64,000 nucleotides of DNA from Sedimentibacter sp. (GCA_018436705.1 JAHDLA010000010.1:8075-72074); one strand, 5' to 3'. Positions 1-10,138 are shown, counted from the first letter of the stretch. Numbers and translations: made by a program. The notes: generated by a model not told the origin, from the sequence alone.

Positions 1-229
1 CAGTTGAGATGCTGTAAGCCACAGCAGAAATAAATAATGTCAAATTAATAGCAACACCTCCCATTGTTGGCGTTGCAGCTTTATGCTTATGCAATTCCTG
101 TATGCAAGATTTCTTATTGCTGTCTATATTTTCTTCTCTTTTGAAAAAGCTTGTCTTAGATAGCTTATTAATAAAGAGCTTTAAAAATGCAGCTGTAAAA
201 AGTAAGCTGAAAGCAAAATATCGCATCAT
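1..229 (-). CDS. mraY: MraY-like polyprenyl-phosphate transferase (GT4/PNPT family), N-terminal part; runs off the window
   Basis: Not in the ORF track. Manual translation from ATG 229 (GGAGG RBS upstream): MMRYFAFSLLFTAAFLKLFINKLSKTSFFKREENIDSNKKSCIQELHKHKAATPTMGGVAINLTLFISAVAYSIST. HxxKxxTPTMGG is the MraY signature. Confidence 0.7.
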   Translation of the reverse strand, partial: MMRYFAFSLLFTAAFLKLFINKLSKTSFFKREENIDSNKKSCIQELHKHKAATPTMGGVAINLTLFISAVAYSIST

Positions 230-424
230 GTCTCTATTTCCTCCGCAATGTATTGTAATAACAATTCTTAGCTGGACTTGGTACTGAAATAAAAAATATA
301 AGTAATAAAAAGCGTAGGTATTATTATAATATCCGTTGATACTATTACCGCTTCTATCATAACCCCAGCTACCTACAGAAAAACCGCTCCTAGCACGCCT
401 CCTTGGCACGCATCTTTTTCTCAT

Positions 425-1627
425 CTACTTTTCGCTTAACACTTCATAAATCACACCGTCATAAACCGTAATATATTCAATATTTGGATCTTCGAGTACA
501 ACACTTTCTCCAGATTCACCTATTACTATTCCTCTATGCTGTAATATGTCAGAATCAAGGTCAAACAATCTGCAGCATAGAAATCCTTCATTAATATTTG
601 CGTTCATTTCCGGTGTTTCCAATACACATCTAGATACTATTGGTGTATCATCACCAAGTCTAAAGAGTTCCTGATTATTGCCTGATTGGTATATGGAAGC
701 AAAAGGTGTGTAGTAAATATTTTCTCCTAAAACATAGAATATGTTTATTGCCACATCAGACACTTTAACAACACTATCCTTTCCTATTTCAGCTTTATAA
801 AGTAATCCGCTGAAATCAGTAAAATAAATATAACCATCATAAATTTTAAAATGTTTAACCTGGTGGTCTGGAAAAATTCTTTTCATTTCATTAGTTTTTA
901 TATTAATTCTATACAAACCCACTCCATTTGGAGTGTCGCTAATTTCTTCGCATTTTTGTGCTATTACATACACATCATTTCCAACAGCGGCGAGATCAGA
1001 ATTAGGTTTGAAACTTGTTCCGCCAGACTTATCCTCAATAACATACATACCATAAATATATCCTGGATTGCCATAAGGGGAAAATTCTTTTTCACCCTTA
1101 TGCTTAATATTAAACGCATGGTTGGGATAGCCTGATTCCAGTGCCACAAAAACATTATCTATTTGTACAATATTAGAAAAACTTCTGTCTGACTCCTCAT
1201 AACTACCGTCAGGAAACAATTTAACTGAATAATATGCTCCCATGGAAGCACTGCCCAAGTGGTATTTAAGTACTGCCATACCGTTAATTGTTGTCAGCCA
1301 TGGAACCGCATACCCATCATCGGAATACATATTCCCGCTAGGTAGCTGAAAAACAACCTTAGCATCATTTACATTATCAATAGGTGCTTGATATATAGCA
1401 CCTTTATCTCCCAAATAATACACATACCCTTCTGCAATAGTTGATATATTGCAATAATCTCTTATTTTAGGAATAACAATCCTTTGAATATCCATAGAAC
1501 CTAAGTCCATCTGCATTACTTGGTTAGAATCACTTTCTTGTTTATAACCAGTGCCCATTGATTTTATACATGCAGAAAGTATTGCCACAATACAAAAAAA
1601 CATTAATAAATTACTGAATTTTTTCAT
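425..1627 (-). CDS. Lipoprotein, DUF5050-like beta-propeller
   Basis: Signal peptide with lipobox LSAC; repeated 'YDGYIYF/GENIYY' beta-strand motifs. Confidence 0.65.
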   Translation of the reverse strand: MKKFSNLLMFFCIVAILSACIKSMGTGYKQESDSNQVMQMDLGSMDIQRIVIPKIRDYCNISTIAEGYVYYLGDKGAIYQAPIDNVNDAKVVFQLPSGNMYSDDGYAVPWLTTINGMAVLKYHLGSASMGAYYSVKLFPDGSYEESDRSFSNIVQIDNVFVALESGYPNHAFNIKHKGEKEFSPYGNPGYIYGMYVIEDKSGGTSFKPNSDLAAVGNDVYVIAQKCEEISDTPNGVGLYRINIKTNEMKRIFPDHQVKHFKIYDGYIYFTDFSGLLYKAEIGKDSVVKVSDVAINIFYVLGENIYYTPFASIYQSGNNQELFRLGDDTPIVSRCVLETPEMNANINEGFLCCRLFDLDSDILQHRGIVIGESGESVVLEDPNIEYITVYDGVIYEVLSEK

Positions 1628-1708
1628 ATGCTCTCCTCTTCATCAAGTTAAACAGCAAAGAAAAGTGGCTTAAATGTTTAGTTAGTGCATTTTTTCTTCG
1701 CTGAAATA

Positions 1709-3871
1709 TTAATACCTTGACTCCCAGTTTCTTTCTAAATAGATTCCGTACAGAATACCTTTTATATTTATATTTTCGATTTGGTTTGTCGTTTGATTGT
1801 ATAGCTGCTTTCCGTCGTTGTGTTCCACTCCTTTAACGAGCTTTAATAAAAAACTGTTAAAAACCTCTTTATCTGAATCATCAGGCGGCACTTCCTCAAG
1901 AGCCAGCACCGATTCTGTAATTTTATCTGTTGTCAATTCAGATGTATATAATTTTTTCAGGTTTTCTGCTGCATCTTTATAATATCCGAAATACAAATTA
2001 AGGTAAAATAGGTCGTCGGGTACATAATCATCTATTTTTAACAAGGCATCTCTTGCTTTCTCCCAATTTTCGTAAGCAATATAACACCTGCTCAACAGCC
2101 TGTAACCTTTTGTTCCAAGATTTTCATCACTATTTTTGATAACAGAATAAATTAAATCCTTATTTTCTTTTATTTCATCTCTGTCCATCGTATCCAGCAC
2201 TCTGAAAATCAGCTGTGTATCTCCGGTTAAGTCAGCATATTTCTTGCCTAACTCAACCGCCCTCTCAATATTCCTCTCACCTTTTTTCCATCCAATGCCG
2301 TGAATTTTAATCAAATACACCAATGCATCTATATTGTCAGGTTCTTCTGAGAGAATATTTTCGTAATACTCTATTGCCTCCGGATATTTTTTATCTATAA
2401 TCATTTTTTCTCCGTCGGTAATGCTGCCTTCTATTGTAATGCTTGGTATTTTGTCATAATATGTTCGCATAGGCAGGCTTCCGGTAATAACTTTGCCATT
2501 CTCATCACATGCGTTTACTGTAATTGGATATTCTATTCCATGTAAAAAGTTTCCTAATACGCCTTCATAACCAAGAATCATTTCTTCCCCTTCATATGAG
2601 ATTCCTGTTGATCTTTCTTTAAGTTTATCCACATCAAAAACAGCGTAATTTTCTTTAAATTCACCATTTCCGTTCTTGTCGGAAATTGGTGTTGTCATAC
2701 TGCTTCCGCCTTTTTTATATGGACTAGAAAATACTACCACTTGAACAGTATAGTGATCCGCTCCATCTACTTTTCCCCAAGAAACAGTAAATTCATTACC
2801 TGATATTTTTTCTCCTGGCTTTGGTGAACTAACATTTATTGTGCTGTTAAAAGCAAAATTCATTTCTTTATCTGAGCCATCAACAGTCACATATTCATAA
2901 CCCGAGCGGCTAATCACTTTATCCTCCAAAAGCGAAGTATTCAAGCCCATTCCTATGCTGTATATTCCATTTTTTAAACCGATTGTCTTAAATTCTCCAT
3001 TTTCATTTGTTATTCCAATATAATTGTCACCGCCACCTCTGAGACCTCCTGCCTCTTGTACATATATTTCAACGAATGGCATGGGCTGTCCCATATAGGT
3101 TACAGTTCCTTTTACAGCATTGCTTCCTTTCATACTTTTGCTGAATTTGTCCAGCCAATAGTTTCTGTCGTAGTATCTTGATGATCCAAATACTATTTCA
3201 TCACGCGTTTTACGATCAATGGTCGCTATTTTTTCTGAAATTAATACAGCTTCATCATAATTTTCATTGAAAAGAGCTGTCTCCATTTTTAATATATCAA
3301 GCTTAACATCCGCGTATTCTGTATCCTCATACTGAGAAATTATTTTCTCCGCTCCATTATTATTTCCGTTTACATGCATTAAAAAACCATTGTATATATC
3401 AGAAATATACTTTATATTCTTGTCTTCATGATTCTGACCAAATGAAATCCATTCATGAAGCATATTTGAATCTCCTGTAGAGATTGCAATATCCATAAGC
3501 TTCTTATAGGAATCAGCAACGTAGTGCTCTTCTGATTTTTTATATGAAGTTGAATGAACTATACGAGAAAATAATTCCTTTGCCTTTTCCATATCCCCAA
3601 GTTCATGATTTGCTCCTCCCCAACCGTCTAAAAAAATCGTGTACTTATCAAAACCTTCTACCAGCTTATCTGCATATACATACCATCCCTCTACACTTGA
3701 TGTGGTGGGATATGAGGCATATTTTTCATAAAACAAAACTGCTTTGTCAGAGTTCTTTCTATCGAGATAATCAGCTATTCCTAAAATTGAAGCCGGTATT
3801 CCCCATATAAATATTGCAGCAAATACACAAACTATCATAATCAATGTCTTAACTTTAACTTTTATCTTCAT
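1709..3871 (-). CDS. Membrane-anchored TPR protein with a carboxypeptidase-regulatory-like beta domain
   Basis: N-terminal TM; 'VKGTVTYMGQPMPFVEIYV...TNENGEF...LKNGIYSI' domain; TPR 'YPEAIEYYENILSEEPDNIDAL'. Confidence 0.65.
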   Translation of the reverse strand: MKIKVKVKTLIMIVCVFAAIFIWGIPASILGIADYLDRKNSDKAVLFYEKYASYPTTSSVEGWYVYADKLVEGFDKYTIFLDGWGGANHELGDMEKAKELFSRIVHSTSYKKSEEHYVADSYKKLMDIAISTGDSNMLHEWISFGQNHEDKNIKYISDIYNGFLMHVNGNNNGAEKIISQYEDTEYADVKLDILKMETALFNENYDEAVLISEKIATIDRKTRDEIVFGSSRYYDRNYWLDKFSKSMKGSNAVKGTVTYMGQPMPFVEIYVQEAGGLRGGGDNYIGITNENGEFKTIGLKNGIYSIGMGLNTSLLEDKVISRSGYEYVTVDGSDKEMNFAFNSTINVSSPKPGEKISGNEFTVSWGKVDGADHYTVQVVVFSSPYKKGGSSMTTPISDKNGNGEFKENYAVFDVDKLKERSTGISYEGEEMILGYEGVLGNFLHGIEYPITVNACDENGKVITGSLPMRTYYDKIPSITIEGSITDGEKMIIDKKYPEAIEYYENILSEEPDNIDALVYLIKIHGIGWKKGERNIERAVELGKKYADLTGDTQLIFRVLDTMDRDEIKENKDLIYSVIKNSDENLGTKGYRLLSRCYIAYENWEKARDALLKIDDYVPDDLFYLNLYFGYYKDAAENLKKLYTSELTTDKITESVLALEEVPPDDSDKEVFNSFLLKLVKGVEHNDGKQLYNQTTNQIENINIKGILYGIYLERNWESRY

Positions 3872-4179
3872 TTTAAACTCACCTCACAGCTTTCTCTAAC
3901 AATGACCTGCGAACCGCCTATGTCGATTATTTCTTCATTTTGTAATTTGAAAGCACTTCCCGGAATCAATGTAACAACAAACAAAGCTGCAAAACCTATT
4001 ATTACAGGCGCCAAAGGAATTTCTATCTTTTTATTTAAAAACTCATTTATTTTTTCTTTAAGTGTTTTCCTTCTTCGATTAAGTATGTTATTTAGTGCCG
4101 CCTGCGACAACACTATATCTTGTGTTTCTTCTTCCATTATTTTTTTTATTTCTAATCCAATATTGTCTCTGTTATCCAT
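3868..4179 (-). CDS. Small single-TM protein, probable anti-sigma factor
   Basis: Overlaps the 3' end of the ECF sigma gene; cytoplasmic N-terminus followed by one TM helix. Confidence 0.55.
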   Translation of the reverse strand: MDNRDNIGLEIKKIMEEETQDIVLSQAALNNILNRRRKTLKEKINEFLNKKIEIPLAPVIIGFAALFVVTLIPGSAFKLQNEEIIDIGGSQVIVRESCEVSLK

Positions 4180-4705
4180 TGAGTCGTCCTCCTTTCAACA
4201 AACTTTCCTTCAATATGTTTCTTCCTCTTGACAGCCTGCTTTTTATGGTTCCTTCTTTTTCATTAAGCAGCACTGAAATTTCTTTTATGGAAAGCTCTTC
4301 AAAATAAAACAGCACCATAACTTCCATATACATAGGATGTAACTTGAAAAGTTCCTTTTTCAAAACCTCTCTGTCAATGCTTTCCTCAACATGAGATTCA
4401 ACATCATCATTACCAAGCCATTCATCTTCCAGAGCAAGAACATCTTTTTTCTTTCTCAGCCTATCTCTTGACAGGTTGAGCGCTATGGTATAAATCCATG
4501 TATACAGTCCAGAATTCTCTCTGAAATTTCCAACCTTTTCAAATACCTTTACAAAAGTTTCCTGAACAACGTCTTCTGCATCTTCTTTGTTACCAAGCAT
4601 AAGGAAGCAGGTTCTAAGAAGCTTGTTTCCGTAGTCCTGGACTATTTGACTGTATGCATCTTCTTTTCCTTTTTTCAGTCCCTTTATTAATAATTTTTCT
4701 GCCAC
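4172..4705 (-). CDS. ECF RNA polymerase sigma-70 factor
   Basis: Region 2 'DAEDVVQETFVK...TWIYTIA' and region 4 'LSIKEIS...EGTIKSRLSRGR'; GTG start with GGGAGG RBS. Confidence 0.95.
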   Translation of the reverse strand: MAEKLLIKGLKKGKEDAYSQIVQDYGNKLLRTCFLMLGNKEDAEDVVQETFVKVFEKVGNFRENSGLYTWIYTIALNLSRDRLRKKKDVLALEDEWLGNDDVESHVEESIDREVLKKELFKLHPMYMEVMVLFYFEELSIKEISVLLNEKEGTIKSRLSRGRNILKESLLKGGRLNG

Positions 4706-4727
4706 CTTCTACCCTCCCACTTATTTA

Positions 4728-4753
4728 GACGATACAATCCAGCAAAGGTTGCA
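4728..4753 (-). promoter_or_regulatory. ECF-type autoregulatory promoter (TGCAAC-N16-CGTC)
   Basis: Minus strand tgcAAC ctttgctggattgtat CGTC matches the SigW/SigV/SigM-type consensus, just upstream of the ECF gene. Confidence 0.7.
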
Positions 4754-4886
4754 ATAAATTTATATTATAATTTCTATTATATCGGCTTGTTGAAAAATAA
4801 CAAATCAAAGTTAATTTTATCAACCTTCATAGAAATTTTCAATAAAAAAACCGCACCAAATATAGCAGTGGTACGGTTAGATCTAT

Positions 4887-5318
4887 TTAAAATATCAGCA
4901 TGTCATTGTCATCAAATTTAAAATTAGGTCCCCATGCAACCTCCCAGTAATAACTGTCCGGATCCGAAAAATACGCATGATATCCTCCCCAAAATACATT
5001 CTGAGGCTCTTTTACAATTCTAGCTCCAGCCCTGCGCGCCAGTTCAATAACCTCTTTAACCTCTTCCTTTGTCTTGGCATTGTATGCCAGTGTGATACCT
5101 CCGAATCCGGAACATATCTCCGGCGGATTATCCTTGTCTATATCTTCCGCAAGTAGATCAATAGGATACAACTCCAGCTTTGTTCCCGATGTGCTGAAAA
5201 AAATAACTTCCGGGTTATTACTCTTTTCTTCTGTGCTGAAGCCCAGTCCGTCTCTGTAGAACCTGATGGATTTTTCCATATCTCTGACCCCCAGGCATAT
5301 AAGGTTCATTCTGTTCAT
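4887..5318 (-). CDS. VOC/glyoxalase family protein
   Basis: 'LICLGVRDMEKSIRFYRDGLG' and 'FWGGYHAYFSDPDSYYWEVA'. Confidence 0.9.
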   Translation of the reverse strand: MNRMNLICLGVRDMEKSIRFYRDGLGFSTEEKSNNPEVIFFSTSGTKLELYPIDLLAEDIDKDNPPEICSGFGGITLAYNAKTKEEVKEVIELARRAGARIVKEPQNVFWGGYHAYFSDPDSYYWEVAWGPNFKFDDNDMLIF

Positions 5319-5338
5319 ATTTTGCTCCCTTCTTAATA

Positions 5339-6208
5339 TTAAAATAAACTAATCTGTTCGTATACTCTTTTATCCTCATATTCACCAAGGTATGAAAACA
5401 CCTCATCTATTCCAACCATAATATTATGCTTTTTGCATACTGAATGAAGAATACTCATAAGTCTTTTATGATTTGGACTGCGGCATTCATAAGAACTGCC
5501 AAACATTCGGATGTATTTTTGTTTCACCCTAGGAAAATTTTCATCCAGCTTTTTATAAAAATATTCTCTGTTTCCATCACGCATAGTTACGCCTATGCCA
5601 AAGCACATTACTGCATGTACCTTTGCTTCTATACAATATTTGAGAATTACTCTGAAATTCTCCTCTGTATCATTTATAAACGGCAGAAAAGGCCCCAGCC
5701 ATACCACCGTAGGTATACCATTTTCCCCGATTATCTTCAACGCCTCAAAACGCTCCTTGGTAGTTGAGACTCCGGGTTCCAGAATGCGACATAGATTTTC
5801 GTCAGCAGTGGTAAGCGTCATCTGAGCTACACACTTAGATTTCTCATTTATTCTTTTTAGAATATCTATATCTCTCAAAATTCTGCTCGACTTTGTTAGT
5901 ATAGAAAGTCCAAAGCCATATCTCTCTATAACCTGAAGACATTTGCGTGTATACATTATTTCCTCTTCAATGTGGATATACGGATCACACATGGAGCCGG
6001 TGGCAATCATGCATTTTTTGCGTTTACGCTTCAACGCCTCCTCAAGCATCTCCGGAGCATTTTTCTTTATTTCTATATCGGTAAAATCATGCTTCATCTG
6101 ATAACATGTACTTCTGCTGTCGCAGTAGATGCAGCCGTGGCTGCAACCCCTGTATACATTCATTCCGTTTTTAGCCGAGAGTATAGATTTGTATTCCGCA
6201 TAGTGCAT
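5339..6208 (-). CDS. Radical SAM protein, spore-photoproduct-lyase-like family
   Basis: 'YRGCSHGCIYCDSR' CxxxCxxC, 'GSMCDPY', 'ILTKS', 'LEPG' motifs. Confidence 0.9.
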   Translation of the reverse strand: MHYAEYKSILSAKNGMNVYRGCSHGCIYCDSRSTCYQMKHDFTDIEIKKNAPEMLEEALKRKRKKCMIATGSMCDPYIHIEEEIMYTRKCLQVIERYGFGLSILTKSSRILRDIDILKRINEKSKCVAQMTLTTADENLCRILEPGVSTTKERFEALKIIGENGIPTVVWLGPFLPFINDTEENFRVILKYCIEAKVHAVMCFGIGVTMRDGNREYFYKKLDENFPRVKQKYIRMFGSSYECRSPNHKRLMSILHSVCKKHNIMVGIDEVFSYLGEYEDKRVYEQISLF

Positions 6209-6239
6209 AGCTGCTCACCCTGCCTTTCTTGCTGTTAAT

Positions 6240-6680
6240 TTACTTCAGCGCAATATATATGTCAACATCAGCATTATTCATATCGCAATTGAGATATTCC
6301 TCAAAATCCCCAGTATAACTTCTGTTCAAATTCATGCTCCATATTTCGCTCCAAGCCTGTGCCACTGCCGTTACCATATTGCCATGAACCGAAAACTTAG
6401 CATATTTTCCCGCAGGAATAACTTTCACAGACAGCCCTTCATTTTCTGCACCGGAAACCTCGTTACCCACCGTTACTGTGTACTCATCGCCGGAATAATC
6501 TGAATACAATCCAATAGCATAGCTATTTACCTTATTTTTTATTGTTTGAGCTATACCTCCCTGGTAAAACTTTTCCCACAGACCTCCTATAACTTCCCCC
6601 ATTTTGGGAGAATTGTTTGATGTAGATGCACCTATACCCACAAGAATTTTTTCTTCAAGATTTACTATTTCATATTTCAT
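6240..6680 (-). CDS. GyrI-like effector-binding protein
   Basis: 'IGGLWEKFY', 'IPAGKYAKF', 'RSYTGDFEEY...IYIA'; start moved to ATG 6680 (GGAGG RBS). Confidence 0.85.
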   Translation of the reverse strand: MKYEIVNLEEKILVGIGASTSNNSPKMGEVIGGLWEKFYQGGIAQTIKNKVNSYAIGLYSDYSGDEYTVTVGNEVSGAENEGLSVKVIPAGKYAKFSVHGNMVTAVAQAWSEIWSMNLNRSYTGDFEEYLNCDMNNADVDIYIALK

Positions 6681-6706
6681 AGCTTCGCCTCCATATTTTT
6701 TCTGCA

Positions 6707-6743
6707 ATTATAACAGTCAATATAGGACAACTGCATGTCATAT
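6707..6743 (-). promoter_or_regulatory. Extended -10 promoter with an inverted repeat, candidate WYL-regulator operator
   Basis: ATAGGACA-N6-TGTCATAT at 6722-6743 (7/8 symmetric) sits over the -35 position of a TGtTATAAT element (6707-6715). Confidence 0.55.
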
Positions 6744-7639
6744 TAAATATAGAAATTTATCATTTCCTTTATAAGTGATTTAATTTCAAAGCGTATATCT
6801 TCGGGCTCCAGAACTTCACAGTTTTTCCCAAAGCTGAGTATATAGTAAAACAGCCATTCTCCCCTTGGGTAGTCTATTTTACAAATAAAGCTGCCATCCT
6901 CCTGTTTTTCGTATTGGCTGAACTCTTCATAAACTCTGAATGCCATCTCTGCAGACAAATGAAGTTTTAAACTTACAAATTCTTCGTTATAATCTGTCTC
7001 TGCTTTCAGCACATGCCTAGGAGCTGTATGCTCAACCGTTTCTTCTCTAATCTCAAGTTTTTTTATTCTGCGAAGTTTAAAAAACCGAAAGCCCATACGG
7101 GTTTTGCAATACCCGAAAAGGTACCAGGCCCCTCCCTTAAAGCACAGCTTCAGAGGTTCTACAGTTCGAAGGATTTGTTCTCCCTTTGTATTTGAATACT
7201 GAAAAGAAACCATTTTCTTTTTAAGTACACAGGTTTTTAGAGTTTGAAAATTTTTAGTTTCACCGTCACAGTTGTACCATGATGAAAAATCTACCTCTAT
7301 CCAGTCTGCATACGCTTCTCCGAACAAACTGATAAATTTATGCAGCGCATTATTTTCTTCGCTCAAATCAACAGCACCCACAGCCCTGAGAGATGATAGA
7401 ATTTTCTCCCTTTCTTCATCAGTCATAACCGCTTTATCGAGAACGAAATCTGGCAATAGCGAAATCCCTCCGCCTTTGCCTCTGCTCATATAAATAGGTA
7501 TTCCCGCAGACGACAGCGCTTCCACATCTCTATAAATGGTTCTGGTTGATACCTCAAATCTTAATGCCAGCTCTCTTGCAGTTACGGTCTGCTTTTGAAG
7601 CAGAATATATATAATTTCAAACAATCTGTTTATTTGCAT
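6743..7639 (-). CDS. YafY/YobV-family wHTH-WYL-WCX transcription factor
   Basis: 'VTARELALRFEVSTRTIYRD' HTH; 'RTVEPLKL...AWYLFGYC...RFFKLRRI' WYL; 'FGKNCEVLEPE' WCX. Confidence 0.95.
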   Translation of the reverse strand: MQINRLFEIIYILLQKQTVTARELALRFEVSTRTIYRDVEALSSAGIPIYMSRGKGGGISLLPDFVLDKAVMTDEEREKILSSLRAVGAVDLSEENNALHKFISLFGEAYADWIEVDFSSWYNCDGETKNFQTLKTCVLKKKMVSFQYSNTKGEQILRTVEPLKLCFKGGAWYLFGYCKTRMGFRFFKLRRIKKLEIREETVEHTAPRHVLKAETDYNEEFVSLKLHLSAEMAFRVYEEFSQYEKQEDGSFICKIDYPRGEWLFYYILSFGKNCEVLEPEDIRFEIKSLIKEMINFYI

Positions 7640-7701
7640 ACTACCACCTTTTATTTTGTAAATGCAATATTATCTAAAATAACAGCTGCTTACATATATA
7701 A

Positions 7702-8343
7702 CTAATATCCAAGCTTACTATCCACTATTATAACCTTAATCCTCTCCTTGACAAACTGCCCTCGTATAATTGTAAAGTCATTGCATATTCTTTCAGGACT
7801 TTTACAGTCAACGCAATAGCCCAATGACGTGCAAGGGGTATTTTTCCCTAGTCTTTTTGCATCAATAGGTGCTGAATAATTCCTTGTTCGTTTTTCCGCT
7901 TCTTCAATAGTTCTTACAATTTTATTGGTACCAACAACAATAATAACCTGCTTTGGGCCATATATTATTGGAGCCACCCTACTGCCATTGCCGTCAATAT
8001 TGTATAGCTCCCCGTCCTCTGTCAGAGCATTTGTTCCGCACATGAATGTATCCGCCGAAAAATTCTGTATGTAAATATGCTTCTTTTCTTCTCCGGTAAT
8101 TCCTTCTCTATATTTATCCAAAAAATTATATTTTTCGCTTCGCAGCAAATCTATAACACCGGTCTCAAAAAGTGTCATTGAATCTCCCACGCCTACTGTT
8201 GAACTTTCAGCTATGAGCTGTTTTAAAAGCTCTTTTAGTTCGTTGTTATCCTTTACAAAAAAGCCCGCCATATTTCGTCTTCTTAAATTATTTATACATC
8301 TTTCAACTTGTTTTTCCAAATACCATCTTACATTGTTATCCAT
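7702..8343 (-). CDS. LUD-domain (LutC/YkgG-like) protein
   Basis: 'GTNALTEDGELYNIDGNGSRVA...GPKQVIIVVGTNKIV' and C-terminal 'TPC...CVDC...RIC'; start moved to ATG 8343. Confidence 0.85.
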   Translation of the reverse strand: MDNNVRWYLEKQVERCINNLRRRNMAGFFVKDNNELKELLKQLIAESSTVGVGDSMTLFETGVIDLLRSEKYNFLDKYREGITGEEKKHIYIQNFSADTFMCGTNALTEDGELYNIDGNGSRVAPIIYGPKQVIIVVGTNKIVRTIEEAEKRTRNYSAPIDAKRLGKNTPCTSLGYCVDCKSPERICNDFTIIRGQFVKERIKVIIVDSKLGY

Positions 8344-8507
8344 ATGAGCCGCAATCTCTCCTTTGCAAATAATATTTATATAATAATACCATATTAAAAG
8401 AAAATAAACAAATGTTTGGTTGCCGTGATTTGTCATCAAACCAAAATTTTATGTAATACAAAAAGGTATTCTGTGCATTATTAAATAAATGCAGAATACC
8501 TTTTTGT

Positions 8508-8867
8508 TTATTTTATATCATAATCTTTATTTCTTCTGACAATAATTTTAGTTCCTTCATTTTCTTTGCTTTCAACCTGTGCTTCATCCACCAGCATTCC
8601 CACAATAGTTAACCCGGACCCACAGTTGCAATTACCGGCAAGACAACCGTAATATTCCTCAACCTCATCTCTTCGTGGCTGATTTAATGTGGTTTTTACT
8701 ATCTTAATGGTCTTATCATTCATTCCGCGCCCATTATCCTCAACTGTAATTGTTGTGCTTATGTCGTCGCGTTCAACATTAACACCTATTTTTGATGCTT
8801 TGGAATTCAAAGAATTGGCTAACAGTGCCATTACTATTCCCTCAATTTTTTCTTTTTCTCCGCTCAA
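8508..8867 (-). CDS. Stand-alone GHKL/HATPase_c protein
   Basis: N box 'LLANS', G1 'VEDNGRGM', G2 'GSGL', G3 'GTKI'; TTG start with GGAGG RBS. Confidence 0.75.
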   Translation of the reverse strand: MSGEKEKIEGIVMALLANSLNSKASKIGVNVERDDISTTITVEDNGRGMNDKTIKIVKTTLNQPRRDEVEEYYGCLAGNCNCGSGLTIVGMLVDEAQVESKENEGTKIIVRRNKDYDIK

Positions 8868-8878
8868 TTAATTTCCTC

Positions 8879-10138
8879 CTATTTATCAGTTTTTAAGCCC
8901 TGGATCAAGGCAATAAAAATTGTGGCAACAATGCCTCCGGAAAATCCATTGTTATATAAGTTGAGCCACCCGTGAAGCACACCAACATTACTGACTATGC
9001 ATAAATGCGTAAACCCGGCAAGTATCCCAACTAACGGGCCATATGCCCCTGACAATGGCGCCAGAGTTGTTCCAAATAACGCTGCAAGCAATGCTGTAGG
9101 ATTATTGGCACTATATACAGTAAAATCAGTTAATGTAGCTAAATAAGCTCCAAACATTACAGGGGTGATATTCAGTGGATGCTTTCCAAATGCGGCAAAA
9201 CCGGACATGGTTAAAAGTGCTCCTACTGTAGGGCCATTGTAATGTCCATTTACTAAGTCTATATAAATGGCACCAATTAAGCCTACGAGTCCCATATTTA
9301 AAATTGTGCTTCCAAAGCCTGCAGAGTATGGAAAATCTGATATCAAAGTTCCTGGATGTTTTACCAGTTCAATGTAGTTTTTGAACTTGCCCTTTGTTAA
9401 TATTGTACCACATATTACCATGCTTATAAATATCGAAATAAAAATCTTTCTTAACAACTGCGAATTTTCTGTTCCCCATATCATTACGGAGCTGCTGTCA
9501 AACCCAAAATTTCTGAATATGCTTACAAAAAGCAATCCAATAAAGCCTGCTGCAAATCCTGTATTATACAAATTATATCCTTCATTTACTATTAACAAAT
9601 GGCTTGAAATTGGGGAGATAATAAAACCTGAAATTATACCGATGCTTATGCTTGCTAAAAGCCCCCATTGAAATTCAAATGCAACCTGCGTCACCAAGGG
9701 AACTAGAGCAGTACCAAAAAGTGCAGGGAAAATATGACTTTTAAATTTTTGTTTTTTTACTTTACTATACAGGTATGTACCTAAAATAATAGGAACTACA
9801 GACCATAGATTTTTACCGAAAAATCCGAAACCTGTCATCGTAAATACTGAAGCTATAGCAGGCCCCGAAAAAGATACTTTATTTATTTTTAAGATAATAT
9901 ACCCTAAAATCCCTATAAATGATCCATTAATTAATGCAGCACCTACTCCGCCTACAATCATATAATCAGTAAGAAGGGTTCCCGTAGATAAAAAAATATT
10001 CTTCATACCAGTGTACAAAGCGGATGGAGTATCCAAAATTAGTCCTATTAGCAGCAATAAAACCAAGTAAAAAAGAATTATTTTGTCCTTTATTTTTTCA
10101 TTGACTTCAATGTAATCAAAATTCCATAGTGAATTCAT
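8879..10138 (-). CDS. DUF1576 polytopic membrane protein
   Basis: Internally duplicated 'GFGFFGKN/GFAAFGKH', 'LFGTAL/LFGTTL', 'YNLYNTGF/LNLYNNGF'; start moved to ATG 10138. Confidence 0.8.
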   Translation of the reverse strand: MNSLWNFDYIEVNEKIKDKIILFYLVLLLLIGLILDTPSALYTGMKNIFLSTGTLLTDYMIVGGVGAALINGSFIGILGYIILKINKVSFSGPAIASVFTMTGFGFFGKNLWSVVPIILGTYLYSKVKKQKFKSHIFPALFGTALVPLVTQVAFEFQWGLLASISIGIISGFIISPISSHLLIVNEGYNLYNTGFAAGFIGLLFVSIFRNFGFDSSSVMIWGTENSQLLRKIFISIFISMVICGTILTKGKFKNYIELVKHPGTLISDFPYSAGFGSTILNMGLVGLIGAIYIDLVNGHYNGPTVGALLTMSGFAAFGKHPLNITPVMFGAYLATLTDFTVYSANNPTALLAALFGTTLAPLSGAYGPLVGILAGFTHLCIVSNVGVLHGWLNLYNNGFSGGIVATIFIALIQGLKTDK

